A DNA stretch of 64,000 nucleotides. It comes from Octopus vulgaris. Taxonomy: Eukaryota. Both the position numbers and the translations under genes were made by a program. Below, in pieces: positions 48,119 to 62,930 of this stretch (within the stretch, counting starts at the first letter, position 1; each line of letters begins with the position of its first letter). The stretch spans positions 76,384,001 through 76,448,000 of the forward strand of contig OX597815.1 of NCBI GenBank assembly GCA_951406725.2, read 5' to 3'. Under the pieces are notes generated by a model, which searched no databases, had not been told where the DNA came from, and saw only the letters and a program-made list of their open reading frames with translations.

Positions 48119-51100
48119 ACTTCGAAAACCTGATCAGAAATTTCCAGCTTTCTGACAGGTGTCGACTGGATTTCCCCGATGTACCAGTGTGGATATGGAG
48201 CAATCACAATGGGTCATTCAAATCGTATCTAGATACAGTATTTGTTAGGTCAGCGGATAAGGATAGTATAGGGTGTCTACAATTCAAATTCGTCGGTTAC
48301 ACAGACTACAAATTGCACAGTCGATTTAGATTGGACGCGTAGACAGGGCCCCAGTTACTAGAAGTTGAACGCGTCCTTTACGGCACGAAAAGACTGTAAG
48401 GACCGGATTAGCGAACTAGTCAAGCGGCAATTGACGGGGGCAATTGCTAACAACCCTGAAGAGGCCGATTAGAGCAGAATTGATAGAGTTTAGCCAAGGG
48501 TTAGGCATAGAAAGAAACAGATTAGAGGGAGAACTAGTTAGCAAAATAGAAGAGGCAATTAGTAAAGGCATCGCGACTGACGTCTTAACGGGGAGAATGA
48601 CTCTTGACCATTTCTTTGAGGCGAAACATGAAGGTTGCGTTGTAAGAGCTAAGGAACATGAAAGAACTACAGCCGTCCAATGGGCTCGAACGGTGGAAAC
48701 GCGACGTGGCAGCAAAACCACGATCGGGTCTTTGGCGGATCGGGACGGGCGCGTGCTACATTGTTCTGAGCAGATGTGTGCGACTTTTCAGAAACACTTC
48801 ACGCAATTGTTTGGAGAGAGCGATGGGTCAACGATGGTAGCAAACTTTAGTTCGTATCTAGATGGCCTGCTGCGGCTCTCGGCTGCGGACGCAAGGTTCT
48901 GCGAAAAGCCGATAACGGCTACTGAACTACAAGAAGCGATTAGTGATTGCACAAGTCGCAAATCGCCAGGTATAGATGGTCTGCCCAATGAATTCTATAT
49001 ATTTATGCCAGATTTGTTTGGTGATCTCTTGGCAGACATTTACCGCAACTAGCAACAGAACGGGAGAATTCCCAGTGCTGTTTGTCGGGGTTGTGATGAC
49101 ACTGCTGAAGAAGGACGCTGATAGTGGTGACATACTAGGGAATTTTCGGCTCATAACTCTGCTAAACACTGAAGTTTAAGATTTTGGCAAGGTGTTAGCG
49201 AAAAGATTGGCGACTGTCGTTGGTAGTCTAGTAGGGGAAGCACAAACGTGCGCAATCCTGAACAGGTTTATCCACGACATCCTTCACCTTATCCGATACA
49301 TCATAGAGAAGGCTGGGACTAAAGCTGGTTTCAGTGGGACCCTGGTCAATTTGGATCAATCAAAAGCATTCGATAGGGTCGACCATCGCTACCGTCCTTA
49401 AAGCGGCACCTGCTCGGTGGTCAAAGTAAATGGCCATCTATCTGAACCGTTTAGCATCGCACGCTCGGTCCGTCAGGGCTGTCCGCTGTCACCTCCTCTG
49501 TGCATACCGGCTCTCGAGCCACTGCTGTGGAAGTTGGAATAATTGAGGGGCTTCATTTCGAACTAGAACTTGGAAGAGCAGTGTCTACATACGCGAACGC
49601 CGTTACCGTCATGGTGTCGGACGCCTCCAAAGTGGAAACGGTTGGTTCCATTCTAGAAGAATATGAGTCGGTTGCGGGGGCTAAAATCAATGCCGAGAAG
49701 TCGATGGGCTTGCAACTGGGCACCAGGAGAGGCAGATCGATTCTGGTTTGGTCCCGACCTCCAGTTGGATAAGAACTGGAACAAGGTGACGAACGGGGTG
49801 GCTAGTCTTACCCAGAAATGGGCTGAGAGGAAGCTGTCTTTGAAAGGTCGGGCAGAGGTGGTGAATTACTACATCGCCTCCGTTATCATATATCGTCTGA
49901 CCGTCGTACCTTGCTCCAGTTATTGCTTAATCAAGTTGGAGCGTCCTTTGTTCATGTTCTTGTGGGAGTGATGCGTTCCAATGGTTAGGCAGTCAATTTG
50001 CTGTCAGCTCCCTCTGAGTGACAGCTTAGGCATGCCGTGACTTTTGATGCGCAGACATGCGCCCAGGTTGCGCCACCCGCAACGATTTCTAGAAGGTGAA
50101 CGTATATGGGCTCCGTTTGTGAGGCACGTATTTCCGTAACTCATCTCTTTGACAGAGCTGCGGTCCTGGGTGAAGGACATATCAAGACTGGGTCTCTGGC
50201 ACTTAGAATGTCGTTAGGCGTTCACTGTCCTCTACCAGTCGGGTAATAGGTGGATGTTCCACTTTAGCTATTTATAGACGATTAGCGGTGGGAAGTGCGA
50301 CGACGTCCTCGGGGAGACTCTGGGCGTTGAGGAGGATGAACTGATTAGTCTGTTCCGGAGGACTTTTCGGTCGGGGACTATTATGGATAATTTCCAGATG
50401 TTTTTGGCTTGGCAGTGATACCGGGAGGTGCTACCGGTTCGAGATAAATTCTACAGGCACCGACGTGCTTGTCCAAGAGCGACGAAACTGTCGCATGCAC
50501 TCGTTCAATGTCCGGTAATTGCTGACTTGTGGAATAATGTCAAACAGCTGCTGTCGCGTATAGGACAGATCCGTCCGTCGTCCGAGTCCATAGTAATGAT
50601 TGCTCTGCCTCCCTCCTTTAATCGGGTAGGCAAGGCAATTTTCCTTTGCCTGGTTGTTGTGGCGAAAGCAGTTGTCTGGTGGACGAGGCTGAAAGGAATG
50701 CGGGCAAAGACATTCCTCTTTGGTAAAGCCCCCATCGACATTTTCAAGTTACATTTGAAAAAGGAAAGTGAGGGTGGAGAAGAAGGTGCTGTCCTCGAGT
50801 GAATTTATGAAAAGGAGGGTGAAAGTTGCAAAAATGGCAAGAGTGGATGTTACCACTCTCAGTGTAGACCTGTGAGTTGGAGGAAAAGAGTTGGAAAAGG
50901 TAGTTGTCCGTAGTATTCAGGGTGATCTTGGTTGTTGGGGTTCCTCGATCATCTCTGGAGGTCCTCCTGATACAGGAGGACTCCCCCATCACAATTTTTC
51001 TTCTTTTCTCTCCTTATTGCCGTATACTATGTATACTTCAATTCTTTTAATGTTTACTGTGTACACTTCTTTTTTTTTCTTTTTTCATTCCAATATATGT

Positions 51101-51172
51101 AACCCTTCACACTTTATGCCTGTCTTTGTATTGTCCTCCTCAGTCTTCGCTCTGGTGGCAAATAAAAGAAAT
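48119..51172 (+). mobile_element. 5'-truncated, degenerate Tx1/L1-clade LINE (ORF2 + 3' UTR)
   Basis: APE end (KSYLDTVFV...YTDYKL), SPGIDGLPNEFY, FRLITLLNTE, LDQSKAFDRVDH, SVRQGCPLSP, KLSLKGRAEV, LPVRDK and AATAAAAGAAA end; many stops and frameshifts. Confidence 0.93.
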
Positions 51173-51192
51173 CATTATTACCATTATTATTA

Positions 51193-51375
51193 AGGCGGCG
51201 AGTTGGCAGAATCGTTTGCACGCTGGACGAAATGCTTCGTGGTACTTCGCTCGTGGGTGCGTTCTGAGTTCAAATTTGCCTTTCATCCTTGCGGGGTTGA
51301 TAAATTAAGCACCAGTGAAATACTGGAGTTGACTTATCCCCTTTCGCAAAATTTTAGGCCTTGTACCTATAAGAG
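51193..51375 (+). mobile_element. SINE family B
   Basis: GGCGGCGAGTTGGCAGAATCG...GAGTTCAAAT...GCCTTTCATCC. Confidence 0.8.
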
Positions 51376-51919
51376 AAAAGCTTTTGCTCTTCTTTTTTTT
51401 TTTTCGTTAAATCAAAAAGGAATATATTCATGTTCCTTTTTACTTTTGAGAAAACTTTTAAAATGCTGTTATATTTCGGGACAGTCATTTTTTCCCCTTG
51501 CTAAATAAATATACGCACTACATATTTGTTCTTCACTCGTTTATTATTGTTTTCATTTTATCTTATGTTATTTTATCTTATTTTCTTTTCAGAAAATACA
51601 TTACAGTAGATTACAAATTTCTAAAGATCACAAAGTAAAGGGAACTAACTCTGTATAAACACTGAACATTTCTGTAAATCTTTATTACCTCCCTTACACT
51701 ACTTTGCGAAAATATTAGTGACAAATTGAGAATACGAAATGTAAAGGCAAAACATGTAGAGGTTGGGAAGAAACAAAGGATCACATTGTTTCTAGCGGAC
51801 CAATTTCTGGATGGCCCAAAGCAATACAAGTGTGTGTGGGTGTGTGTGTATGTTTTACTGGATTCTCTAGTGAAATCACTAAATCTTGTTTATTGTAGAA
51901 TGTAAACAAATTTGCCCCT

Positions 51920-51972
51920 TTCTTCTTCTTCTTCTTCTTCTTCTTCTTCTTCTTCTTCTTCTTCTTCTTCTT

Positions 51973-52065
<93 letters not shown>
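51920..52065. repeat. (TTC)n(TTA)n compound microsatellite
   Basis: Directly visible. Confidence 0.97.
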
Positions 52066-52066
<1 letters not shown>

Positions 52067-53559
52067 TCATAATTATTGTTATTCTCTTTCCCCTCCACTC
52101 CATCTGTGTTACTTGTACCCCATCTCAGAATGTGCAAGATGGCTTTCCAGGGGTTTGCAACAAAGAGGGTGGGTGAAGTATACACTTTATTGAAATTGCA
52201 CCTCTTTCCAGCATAAAATTATTAATTAACTCCTTATATAACTACTTTGTTCTATTAAACACTTCTTTGTTCTATTCCACTCAAGTTTTGAAAAAAAATT
52301 AATTAATTAATTATTAGAAAACTGACTTCTACATCTTTAAATATGACATTTTTGTCGGGAGTAGTGGGTGGAAATTGATCAAATATTTCCTAAGGATGCA
52401 GGGGCATAAAGATTGGGATTCACTGAGTGGTAATTATGTAGAAAGTGAGATTTTGGTGATGGGTGAAATGCATTATACAGTATTGGGTATCGGTTACAAT
52501 TACTATGTAGGAGGCTTACAAACATGTCAAATAAATTTACCCGTTTCTCTGTAGATTGAAAACATGACAAACAACCTTAAATGATTTTTGAACCTAACTG
52601 GGTTCTCATCAGTGGTGTCTACATCACTTGACCAATCCCATAAAAATAAGTAACCAATTATACACATCAAATCTTGTAGCTTCAGAGAACTGGGGCTACT
52701 AATTTGCATGCTATGAGTGTGTAACACTTTAAAGACAGAGGTCTGTCAATAAGTAAAAATAATAATGAATGAAATTATTGTATACAGTGCTCAGGTGCAC
52801 TACAACATAATTCATTCCACACAGTATCAAGGTTTGATATAGTAGATGTAAACCTTCATAGTAGACACACAGAGTAAAGTAGTATTTTATTGATACTGTT
52901 ATTGATACACACCATACTTTCTTGATACACACCATACTATATTGATACACAGCCACTACACTCTTGGAGTGGTTGGTGTTAAGAAGGGCATCCAGCTGTA
53001 GAAACCTTGCCAGATCAGATTGGGTTTGCCAGTCCTCAGTCAAACCATCTAACCCATGCCAGCATGGAAAGTGGACGTTAAATGATGATGATGATGATGA
53101 TGACAACGACGACGATGATGTTACTGAGAGTTTCATGCAACCAATCTCTGAGTAACAGTTTGTGAAGTGTTTTCAGTTTAATAAAATATCATTTTACTCT
53201 ATCTTTGGTATTCAGATTTTTACTGGGTGGTGATTGTGTAAATGATGTGTTGTGTGAGTTATTTTAGTGGGTGATTAATATAAAGAGTGTGTGTTTCATG
53301 TGTGTAATTATTGTAATAATATCCTTTTCTCAGTCTTTGCTAGAATAAATATCTCACAATATTTGTTGTGACACTGCATTCTGAGTTCAAACCCCACTAA
53401 GATCAACTTAGCCTATTATCCTATCAAGGTTTATAAAATAAAGCACCAGTGAAATACTGGGCTAATATAATCAACTAATTCCTTCCCCTAAATTTCTGAC
53501 CCCTACTCCAGTCCTTGAAATAGGTATAATGTTAGCAATTTCTGAAAGGCAGGGATTAG

Positions 53560-53777
53560 TTGATATCATTAACTAACTGGCTCTGGAGGAAGGGAGATTC
53601 CAGGAGTCTCATGTTCTAAGGCGGAAGAAATGAGCATAGCAGTTAATAAAGAACCTCAAAGATTGGATGCAACAAAGCTGATGAGAGAAGGAGAGGTGAG
53701 CGAGTCAAGAATGCATGTGTGAAGGGGGTACAGAACCAATCAGCTCTGAGAAACAAAGACTATTGTAGTAATGATAG

Positions 53778-53858
<81 letters not shown>

Positions 53859-54000
53859 AGGATACATTCTTGTGAGGTAGAGGCTGGAGGGATTTTTATG
53901 CCAGTCAGCTGAATGACCTTTTTCTTGATGTAGTTCAGAATGTCTGTATGAGTGCATATGTGTGTAGCAGCATTGTTGTCCCATTGAGGGCCTCAATTGA
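53560..54000 (-). mobile_element. Possible highly decayed CR1/L2-group LINE 3' fragment split by (GA)n
   Basis: YAHFFRLRT*DSWNLP resembles the FF.R....WN.LP motif. Confidence 0.35.
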
Positions 54001-54219
54001 GCTTGTTGTGATTCAGCCTAAGTGTTCTTGGGTATGTACACTGATGTGGCTCCTCTTTTATTCTTCAACTGGATATGAAATTTTAGATTTATAAGGAAGG
54101 GGAGGCAAAAATAAAAACATTAACATTTATTCTTTTCAAAAGAACATTTATGATATAATAGTGAAAGGTAACTGAAAGAAGCCTGTTCTATACACACACG
54201 CATGCACACACATAGATAC

Positions 54220-54542
<323 letters not shown>

Positions 54543-55549
54543 AATGATTGAGATTAAAGCATTCCTTGCTGAATGGGATACCAGTCCATCATCTACAGCT
54601 GAGTGAACTGAAGCAATGTGAAACGAAGTCTTTTGCTCAAGAGCACATTGTACTGCCTAGTCTGGGAATTAAAACCGCAATCTTTGCAATCATGAGTGCA
54701 ATACCTTAACATTAAGCCACACAACTTCACTATTTGCTCAGTAGAATGAATAAGGAAAAAAAGAAAAGAAAAAGGAAAAAATCATTTTCAGTTTAGACTA
54801 ATGTATCCTTGAAAACACATGCAATACAGAATCAGTGTAAAAATTATTACATAATTCACCAGCACAAAGTACTATTCTCCATTCTAAGTACCAATGTTTC
54901 CTCTGCCACTTGACCGAATTACTAATATGTATGTAAGTTAAGAGAGGAGTTCAAGATCATTTCTTTCTTAATATATTTTACTTTGACTTTTTAATGAGCT
55001 ACTTTTCTTTTATAAATATAATATAAATATAAATTTAGTTCCTGTGGTATATGTTTTGTGGTACTATGGAAGCCATTGATTATAATCATGGCTAATATTA
55101 TCAAATTGTTAATGTTATCAAAATTAAAGGTCTCAAATATGCTCAGGATATTGATATATTTTCAGCTGGTTATTGTTAACTAAATGGCTCCATCCAATGT
55201 GATTACAATAAACAGCTTTCACTGTGCATATGTTGTAGATATAGTTGTGTGGTTAGGAAGATGGCTTCTCAACCATATGATTTCTGGTTCAGTCTCACTG
55301 TGTGGTGCCTTGGGTAAGTGTCTTCTACTGTAGCCTTGAACCAATTAAAGTCCTGCATGTGGAAATAGCGAAAGGTAACTGAAAGAAGCTTGTTCTATAC
55401 ACACACACACACACACACACTCATGCATGTATACATGCACACACTCTTGCATGCATGCATGCACACATGCATGCACGCACACATGCATGCACGCACACAT
55501 GCACACATGCATGCACGCACACATGCACATAGATAGATAGATAGATATA

Positions 55550-55812
55550 TTTCTTTATTAGCCACACAGGGCTGGACACAGACGGGACAAATTACAAAGT
55601 AGAGCTTTTCTTTTTGGGGAGAAAAAAAAAGATGGGGTAGGTTTTCGATCAAAAGGGATCATAGAAAGGAAAAAAAAAAAGAAAAGAAAAGAAAGAAAAA
55701 AAGAAAAGAAAGAAAAAAAAGAAAAGAAAGAAAAAAAAGAAAAGAAAAAAATTATCAATAGGGATTGTGTATCACAGAAATGTCATGATGTAAAGTGTAA
55801 AGGGGGAAGCAG
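55550..55812 (-). mobile_element. Probable LINE (Tx1-like) 3' UTR fragment inserted in (GATA)n
   Basis: Ends ...CCCTGTGTGGCTAATAAAGAA on the minus strand; flanked by GATA repeats. Confidence 0.45.
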
Positions 55813-55874
<62 letters not shown>

Positions 55875-55875
<1 letters not shown>

Positions 55876-56230
55876 GCTTCTCAAAACCAGAAAGGAGAAA
55901 GCTAATTTGAAGACTACAGATCCAATCCATCATGGGAACTGTAAAAGTCTATAAAATTTTCCAGAAGTTTATCATTTAAATATATATGAGCATGTCTAGA
56001 TAATCAACTATATGCATGAGAATACATACATACATACATACATACATACATACATACATACATACATACATACATACATACATACATACATACATACATA
56101 CATACATACATACATACATACATACCCTGTTGTTGATATTGAAATTCCAATGAAAGAGCCTATGATTTAGGTTAGAAACCGGTTTTTTTCTCTATTGGCA
56201 AGAAATCTTGAAATAAACTGAATAATGACA
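55875..56230 (+). mobile_element. R4/Dong-like LINE extreme 3' end followed by (TACA)n
   Basis: Close match to 35283-35640. Confidence 0.8.
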
Positions 56231-56589
56231 TGCATGCATGCATACATACATACATACATACATACATACATACATACATACATACATACATACATACATA
56301 CATACATACATACATACATACATGTATGTATGTATGTATGTATGTATATTTATGGGGTGTGTGTGTGTGTCTTTGTCGTGACAGTACATGATAGTCATAA
56401 ACAGACCTCAGACTCATTCAAGAGATGTTCCTTGTTTTCAGTTTTCTATGAAAACTTGTCCTGCCATGGGGAAATATTTGCTGGTTTGCTAACAGTTGAG
56501 GGTTAATTATGTGAAGAGCATCTGGTTGCAGAAAATCCACTTCAGTGGATTCTGTCTGACACATGCTAATATAGGAAGGTGGATACTAA

Positions 56590-57063
56590 AAGTGATGACT
56601 GTGATGATAATAATGTTGCTGATGCTGATGATGATTATGATGAATATGATGACAACACTACCATGACAGTGACAATTGCAATGGTGATAATTATGATGAT
56701 GATGATGGCGACGACGATGATGATGACACTGATGACAATGATGATGATAATGATGCAATGATGACAATAATGATGACGATGATGAAGATGATGACGATGA
56801 TGACAATGACAATGACGACTGTGATGGCGATAATGGTTATGGTGATGATGACGACGATGATGATGATGATAATGATGATAATGACATTGACGACAATGAT
56901 GATGATGGTGATGAAGACAACGAAGATGACAATGATAATGACGATAACAGCAATGATGAAGACAATGAAGATTACAATGATGGTAATGATGATGATGATG
57001 ATGATGATGATGACGACGACAATGACAATGACAACAATGATAAAGATGATGATGATGATGATA

Positions 57064-57102
<39 letters not shown>

Positions 57103-57105
57103 TTT
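56590..57105. repeat. Degenerate (GAT)n tract
   Basis: Directly visible. Confidence 0.92.
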
Positions 57106-58139
57106 ATTTTACACCTATTTATTTGGAAACAGTTAAAGAAAATAAGGTCACCTAATAAAAATAAGATCACCCTCTTGAATGAAGTGAGAAGAGTACTTTA
57201 TATTGCAGTAGTGCAAAACCCGAGACAAGTGGTGTAAAGTATCTCAACAAAGGTCATCATGTACTGTCAGCAGTGAGGTTTGAACTCCAAAACGCCAGTT
57301 CCTTATCTACTTAGTCACCATAGATGATTACATAAAATATATTACATTTTTTTATAGTAATGTTAAGAAGGAGGATGAAACCAATATAACTCTGAATGGA
57401 TGAAAGAGACTGTGGTTAAGTTTTAAAAAAAATTAATTAGTCTCAAGAGGAAGAAGAGAAGGAAGAGAAAGAAGAAGAGGAAGGAGAGAAGGAAGAAGAT
57501 GAGGAGGTGGAAGATGGATGAGTGTTCCTGCTCTTTCCAAGACCATTTGGGTTAAGAGGTAAAGATAACTAAGAGTATAGATAATGAAGTTGTTAAGGGT
57601 AGCAGTCAAACACCCAACTGATTTACTGGTTCATATCCTGTCTCGGGAGCTGCAAGCATTAAGTCCCAGACACTTGGTTCTCGACAGTCTAATCCACTTT
57701 ATCATAAGTACAGTGGTTCTAAAACTGACATTGCTAGTCTCACTATCCAACTTCATCCCACCACAACCCACTGAAATGTGGTGAAGATTTTTGCCACCAC
57801 CGCTGCCACGAGCAGCAGCAACAGAAGCAACAGGAGCAACAGCAGCAACAGCAGCAGCAGCAGCACCATCAGCTCTGCCACTGCCAGTCTTTATTACTGA
57901 AAAAACAAAATGAAGTTTACATCCATGTTATTAGCCATGTAGCCCCTCTATAGCAAGAAACCTGTTCTGCTCTGGTCTCTACTCTAATGCTTTTATCCCT
58001 CATCTCTTAGCATAAAGTTGACCCCTCAAGTTATGTGGTTCATACCCTTCCCTTTGTACATTAACCATTTTGTTACCATATTTCTGTTGAAATACTCTAT
58101 TTTTGTTTCAGTTGATTTTAAAAATAATCTTTTATCTTG

Positions 58140-58330
58140 TGTCTTTTATCTGTTTCTGTCATTAGACTGTGGCCATGCAGGGGCACTGCATTGAATCTTT
58201 AGTTGAATGAATTGACCCCAGTATTTATCTATTTTTTTAAAGCCTGGTACCTATTCTTTATCAGTCTCTCTTGCTAAACTGCTTTGTTACAGAAATGTAA
58301 ACACACCAACACCAGTTATCAAGCAGTGGT

Positions 58331-58364
<34 letters not shown>

Positions 58365-58525
58365 ACAGACTTCTTTCAGTTTCCGTTTACCAAATTTACT
58401 CACAAGTCTTTGGTTGGCCTGAGGCTATAACAGTAGTGGACACTTGCCCAAGGTGCCACACAGTGGCACTGAACCTGGAACCATGTGTTTGGGAAATAAG
58501 CTTCCTACCACACAGCCATGCCTAT
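58140..58525 (-). mobile_element. SINE family A (further partial copies at ~23620-23760, 38840-39070, 39900-40100, 55240-55395, 58944-59090 and 62990-63190)
   Basis: Similarity to 12723-13110. Confidence 0.82.
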
Positions 58526-60148
58526 GCCTATGAAAATGTTAGCAAAACAATTTTTGTCATGATTACATTTAGAATCTAAATTTACATAAAATTTCGATGT
58601 AAGGTTTTAATTTAAATCACTATAAACAGGAAATTTATATCATAGACCCTGGGTCTGTCTTAGGTGGGGTTGTTATCAAAAGCGTTAATGGCAGGAATGC
58701 TGTTATTTCTAATCTCTTACTTCTCTTTACTACTCTTTATTTTTTTTGTAACACAGGCATCATTCACATATGATTTTTACAATTTTCACCAGATATGTAC
58801 CACTTCCAATTAGAAGTATTTTGAAAATATTTCCCAATGTTTATTTGACAACCTAATCTCATTCAACATCCTCTCCAAACAAACTTTTGCTTTCCATAGT
58901 CAGAAACCTGTATTATTCACAATCAAAATTTTACAAAACATCGGGCATGGCTGTGTGGTTAGGGAGCTTGCTTCCTAGCTACATTGTTTCGGGTTCAGTC
59001 CCACTGCATGGCACTTTGGGTAGGTGTCTTCCACTATAGCCCCGAGCCGACCGGAGCTTTGTGATTGCATTCGGTAGGTGGAAGTTACTGCCGTGTGTGT
59101 ATGTGTGCGTATAGCTGCTCAGTGCCTCTCCGAAAGAGAGAGAGAGGGAGGTCTAACAATATCAGACAATCATTCATTATGGTTACATATGAAAAAACAT
59201 GACCAAAACTGCATCTCAAAAAAAAAAAATTAAACTTCCTCTCCATGTCATATAATATTTCAATGCTGACCAGTTCCATGTAATGCAAAAATGTAAAGAT
59301 ATGATTCATATTACCCTAGATACATATCACCCTTGGTTTTTGATTCAGTGGGGAGTAAGATTTGGCTGCTTTTTCTAGAAGATCAGTCAGCTGCAGATAA
59401 GCTTCTTTGTTGTGTTGTTGTTGGTGTTTTTAATAATTCCATTGTTAATTGTGTCAATGAGAAATATAATCAAAATACAGAATTAAGTGTTCATTGTGTG
59501 ACTTTAAACTACATCCAATAGTGGGGGCCTGGTTCAGGAGTTTCGGGGCTTTGAGGAGTGTGGAACTATCTCTTAGGCACTATTGTTCCCAGTTCTATTC
59601 TAACCTGGAATAGTAGCACTTGTCATGGTTCTAGCTATGGGTTTAGTAGCATGTCATGGAATTGCTTTCAGAAAAGAGCATTCACAGATATTCTAATGGA
59701 CCCAGGGCAGATGAGGTCCTTCAGCTCTTTAGCTGCTCATCAAACAGAACATAACTTCATACAATTCTTGCATCCTGATGACTATTGCATTTGTGGCACT
59801 TGTTGCACCAGACCAGTACAAGTTTGATGGAAAAGATAAAATGGGACTTACTCTGTACAAACCATGCCTACTGTAATAATAAAATCCTGCTGCTTTGTGG
59901 GGTAATTTATTGAATATTTAAAAAAGGTTAAGGATATAAACGTCTACAGAAAATCCAGAAAGAAAGACCCTAAAGCAAATATGTTTGTCATATTCAACCA
60001 ATACCTGGTATCCCTTGCAGCTCTATGGATGCTGAGAACATATTGGTTTGTCTTTCCTTCTTGGCATATCCACGAGTGGATAGGTGGTAAATGTACTTGC
60101 TTCTTGAAATAGCCCAGGCATAGCAGAGGTGGTTAAGTCACTGTCTCT

Positions 60149-60490
60149 TTCCCTACAGTGTAACATTTTCATTATAGTGATGATGTAATCTTTTTATTTA
60201 TTTTTTTTTTTTACTATATTGCTCAATTCTGTGGTTGATCTTTTTAAGCATTCATCATCATCATCGTTTAATGTCCGCTTTCCATGCTAGCATGGGTTGG
60301 ACGATTTGACTGAGGACTGGTGAACCAGATGGCTGCACCAGGCTCCAATCTTGATTTGGCAGAGTTTCTATGGACATAAAACGATGATGATGATGAATGC
60401 TTAAAAAGATAAACCACAGAATTGAGCAATATAGTAAAATAAAAAAAAGATTACATCATCACTATAATGAAAATGTTACACTGTAGGGAA
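60149..60490. repeat. Inverted duplication (60149-60276 / 60372-60490) around a SINE-tail fragment
   Basis: Arms are near-perfect reverse complements. Confidence 0.9.
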
Positions 60491-61182
60491 GGTTTTTTTT
60501 TATCTTCTAGTGAGGAGGAAGGCAGTATCTATAACTCTTCAGAGAACCCCTGAGATTATTGGGAGGGAGTAAGATATCCTCAAACCAGAGAGAATGGATT
60601 CTGCTATAGATGCCATAGATGCCAGTTTTAAAATGCGTGATAGATTAAGTTTCCCACTTAAGAGGATCCCATGGAATTTGAACTGAGAATGCAAAGAGCC
60701 AGAATAAATACTTCAAAAGCATTTGGTTTGATATTCTTACAGTTCTGCCAGTCCCCATCCTGCTTAGATTGGTACATTTTTTTATATTGACCCCCAAATG
60801 ATGAAAGTTAATGTTGGTGGGATTTGAGCTCAGACCCTCAAGTATTAGAACAAATACCATGTGTTACTCTACCCAACACTCTAATGATTCTGCAAATTTG
60901 TCACATTCCTGTATTTATGAAAATATTTGTAACAAAAGTTAAGAGATTTGTATTTAATCAGAAAACAAAACCAGAGAACATTTGATTTGCTGAGAGGAAC
61001 TTAGCTTAATTCTTGTTTAACTATTTAGACAAATTATCATGATAACTAAACTATTGCAGGTTTTTGGGATCTGACGATACACCATAAAGCTAAACCCTTT
61101 TTTGATAGGAAACCTAAGGTAATCCCATATACTGGCCTTCCCCATTTTTAATATTTACTATATATATATATATATATATATA

Positions 61183-61450
61183 AGAAATAATTGAGATTCA
61201 GTTGAATTAGGTACTTAAGTTGAAGCACCAAATCAGTGGAGTATTAACCATGGAACTCAAAGTAAGGTGAATAAAATCAAAATAAGCAACAGGATATTAA
61301 GAGCTGATGCAGTACGACCGTTTCAAGTGGCCACATTTAATTGAACAATGCAATCATTACATCAATTTAAATGCAGGGCTATCTTCAGCTGCATAAATAA
61401 ATAGAATTTTTAATCAGTTGGACACATTAATATAATTTTACTCAAATTCT
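61183..61450 (-). mobile_element. pLTR-like repeat homologous to 7170-7690
   Basis: Shared CTTAAGTACCTAATTCAACTGAATCT terminus next to (TA)n. Confidence 0.75.
61307..61394 (-). ncRNA. Type I hammerhead with extended stem II
   Basis: AUGCAG-CUGAAGA-[~57 nt hairpin]-GAAAC-GGUC-GUA-CUGCAU. Confidence 0.72.
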
Positions 61451-61499
61451 CTAATAGAGCAAGAAGAGGGAAAAAGTCTGATATACCTTTAATGTATAT

Positions 61500-62930
61500 A
61501 TCAGGGCTGACCTTCTTGTAGATAACATTGTAAATAGTCTTTGCAAACTATATTATGTCTCAAGAGTAGGTAGTATTTCATAGACATTTTGGGGCAGCTG
61601 CTGATGATGTGGATGATATCTTCCACACTGGTATAGCAGAGCTGACATTTTCTATCACAATGTGGAAGTTTGATGGCATCTTTGTCTCTCTTGTTCCTGG
61701 ATAATGAAGGTATCTCCTTCTAGGTGGGGTGTAATGTATCTATCACGGCTCCAGGAGAGGCTACTCTTCCTGATAATGCTGTTGTTGCCCTCTGGCTGTG
61801 GGGTGTAATGTATCTATTACAGCTCCAGGAGAGGCTACTCTTCCCGTCAATGCTGTTGCTGTTCTCTGGCTTATAAGATATGTATCTATGCATTGTTTTT
61901 TGTTGGTATGATGCCTGCTTCTCTTCCAGATTTCTGTTTAGATATGTCAGTCCAGCCTCCTTTGGGTTACATGAGACAGTTGTATTCTTAGAGTACCAGC
62001 ACAATAGCTCTTCTCCAACTCTGAAAATGTTGTTCTCACTTTTGAGAATGTACCTATTTCTTTCTTTACTGTTCAGAAGGTGTTGTCTGAGTAGTACAAT
62101 GCAACATTCAAAGGCTATTTGGACTGACCTTATGCTTCTACCACCATCACTTCATCTCTCAATGATCCTATCGGTATTGCTGATAATGTGGCAGTTGCCA
62201 GTGGAGCACCAGTCAACATCATTTAGAGTCTTTTCTGGTTTTGATGTCTAGTGTCCGGCTAATATCTCAATATCTAGTGTGTTGATACTGGCCTCTACTG
62301 CTATCACTTCATCTCACATAGATCCTTCCAGCATCACTGTTAATGTAGATATTGCCAGAGGTGGTAAGTACCTTTCTGGTTTTGATGTCTAGGTTGTGTA
62401 TCTCAAATGTTAGTTGTACATCCCAAATGTTAGTCCTAACACTAGCACTGCAAAAGCATTGAGTGATATAGTTTTGTTAAATGCAGACAACTCTGGATTC
62501 TATATTTTCTGGGGTCTACAGAAGTACTCTTTTGTTATTCTGGCTTTAGTCACAGCAGCAGTGTATACAGCAATCTCATTGATTTCAAAGTACTTGTAGT
62601 TTTCAGCATTAGAGATAGGGGAGATAGACAAGCTGTTGACGTGCATGTCCTCTATCGGGTTGACAATCTTTCCTTGGTTGACTATCATGTATGAGTTTTT
62701 ATCTCGCCCAAACTCCATCGTGAGAATGTTGTGAATAGTTCTAATTTTCTCTTGATGTTGATCGTATTACCAGAATATAACTTTAGGTCATCAACAAAAA
62801 ATATGTAATTGACATTAACTTCATTCTTTCCTACATATCCCAGCATGTAGTCTTGGCATTTTGTTAACAAGGCTAATAAGGGGTTCACTGCCAATATAAA
62901 CAACATTACAAATAAACTAACACCCTAGAA
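61500..62930 (-). mobile_element. Degenerate R4/Dong-like LINE RT region
   Basis: LFILAVNPL...NYIFFVDDLKLY...MEFGRDK...YKYFEI...ELSAFNKTISLNAFAV...DIKTRKTL...GGRSI. Confidence 0.82.

Noticed and set aside
61724-61871. ~73-bp tandem duplication
   Set aside because: Real but an ordinary local duplication within a decayed LINE region.
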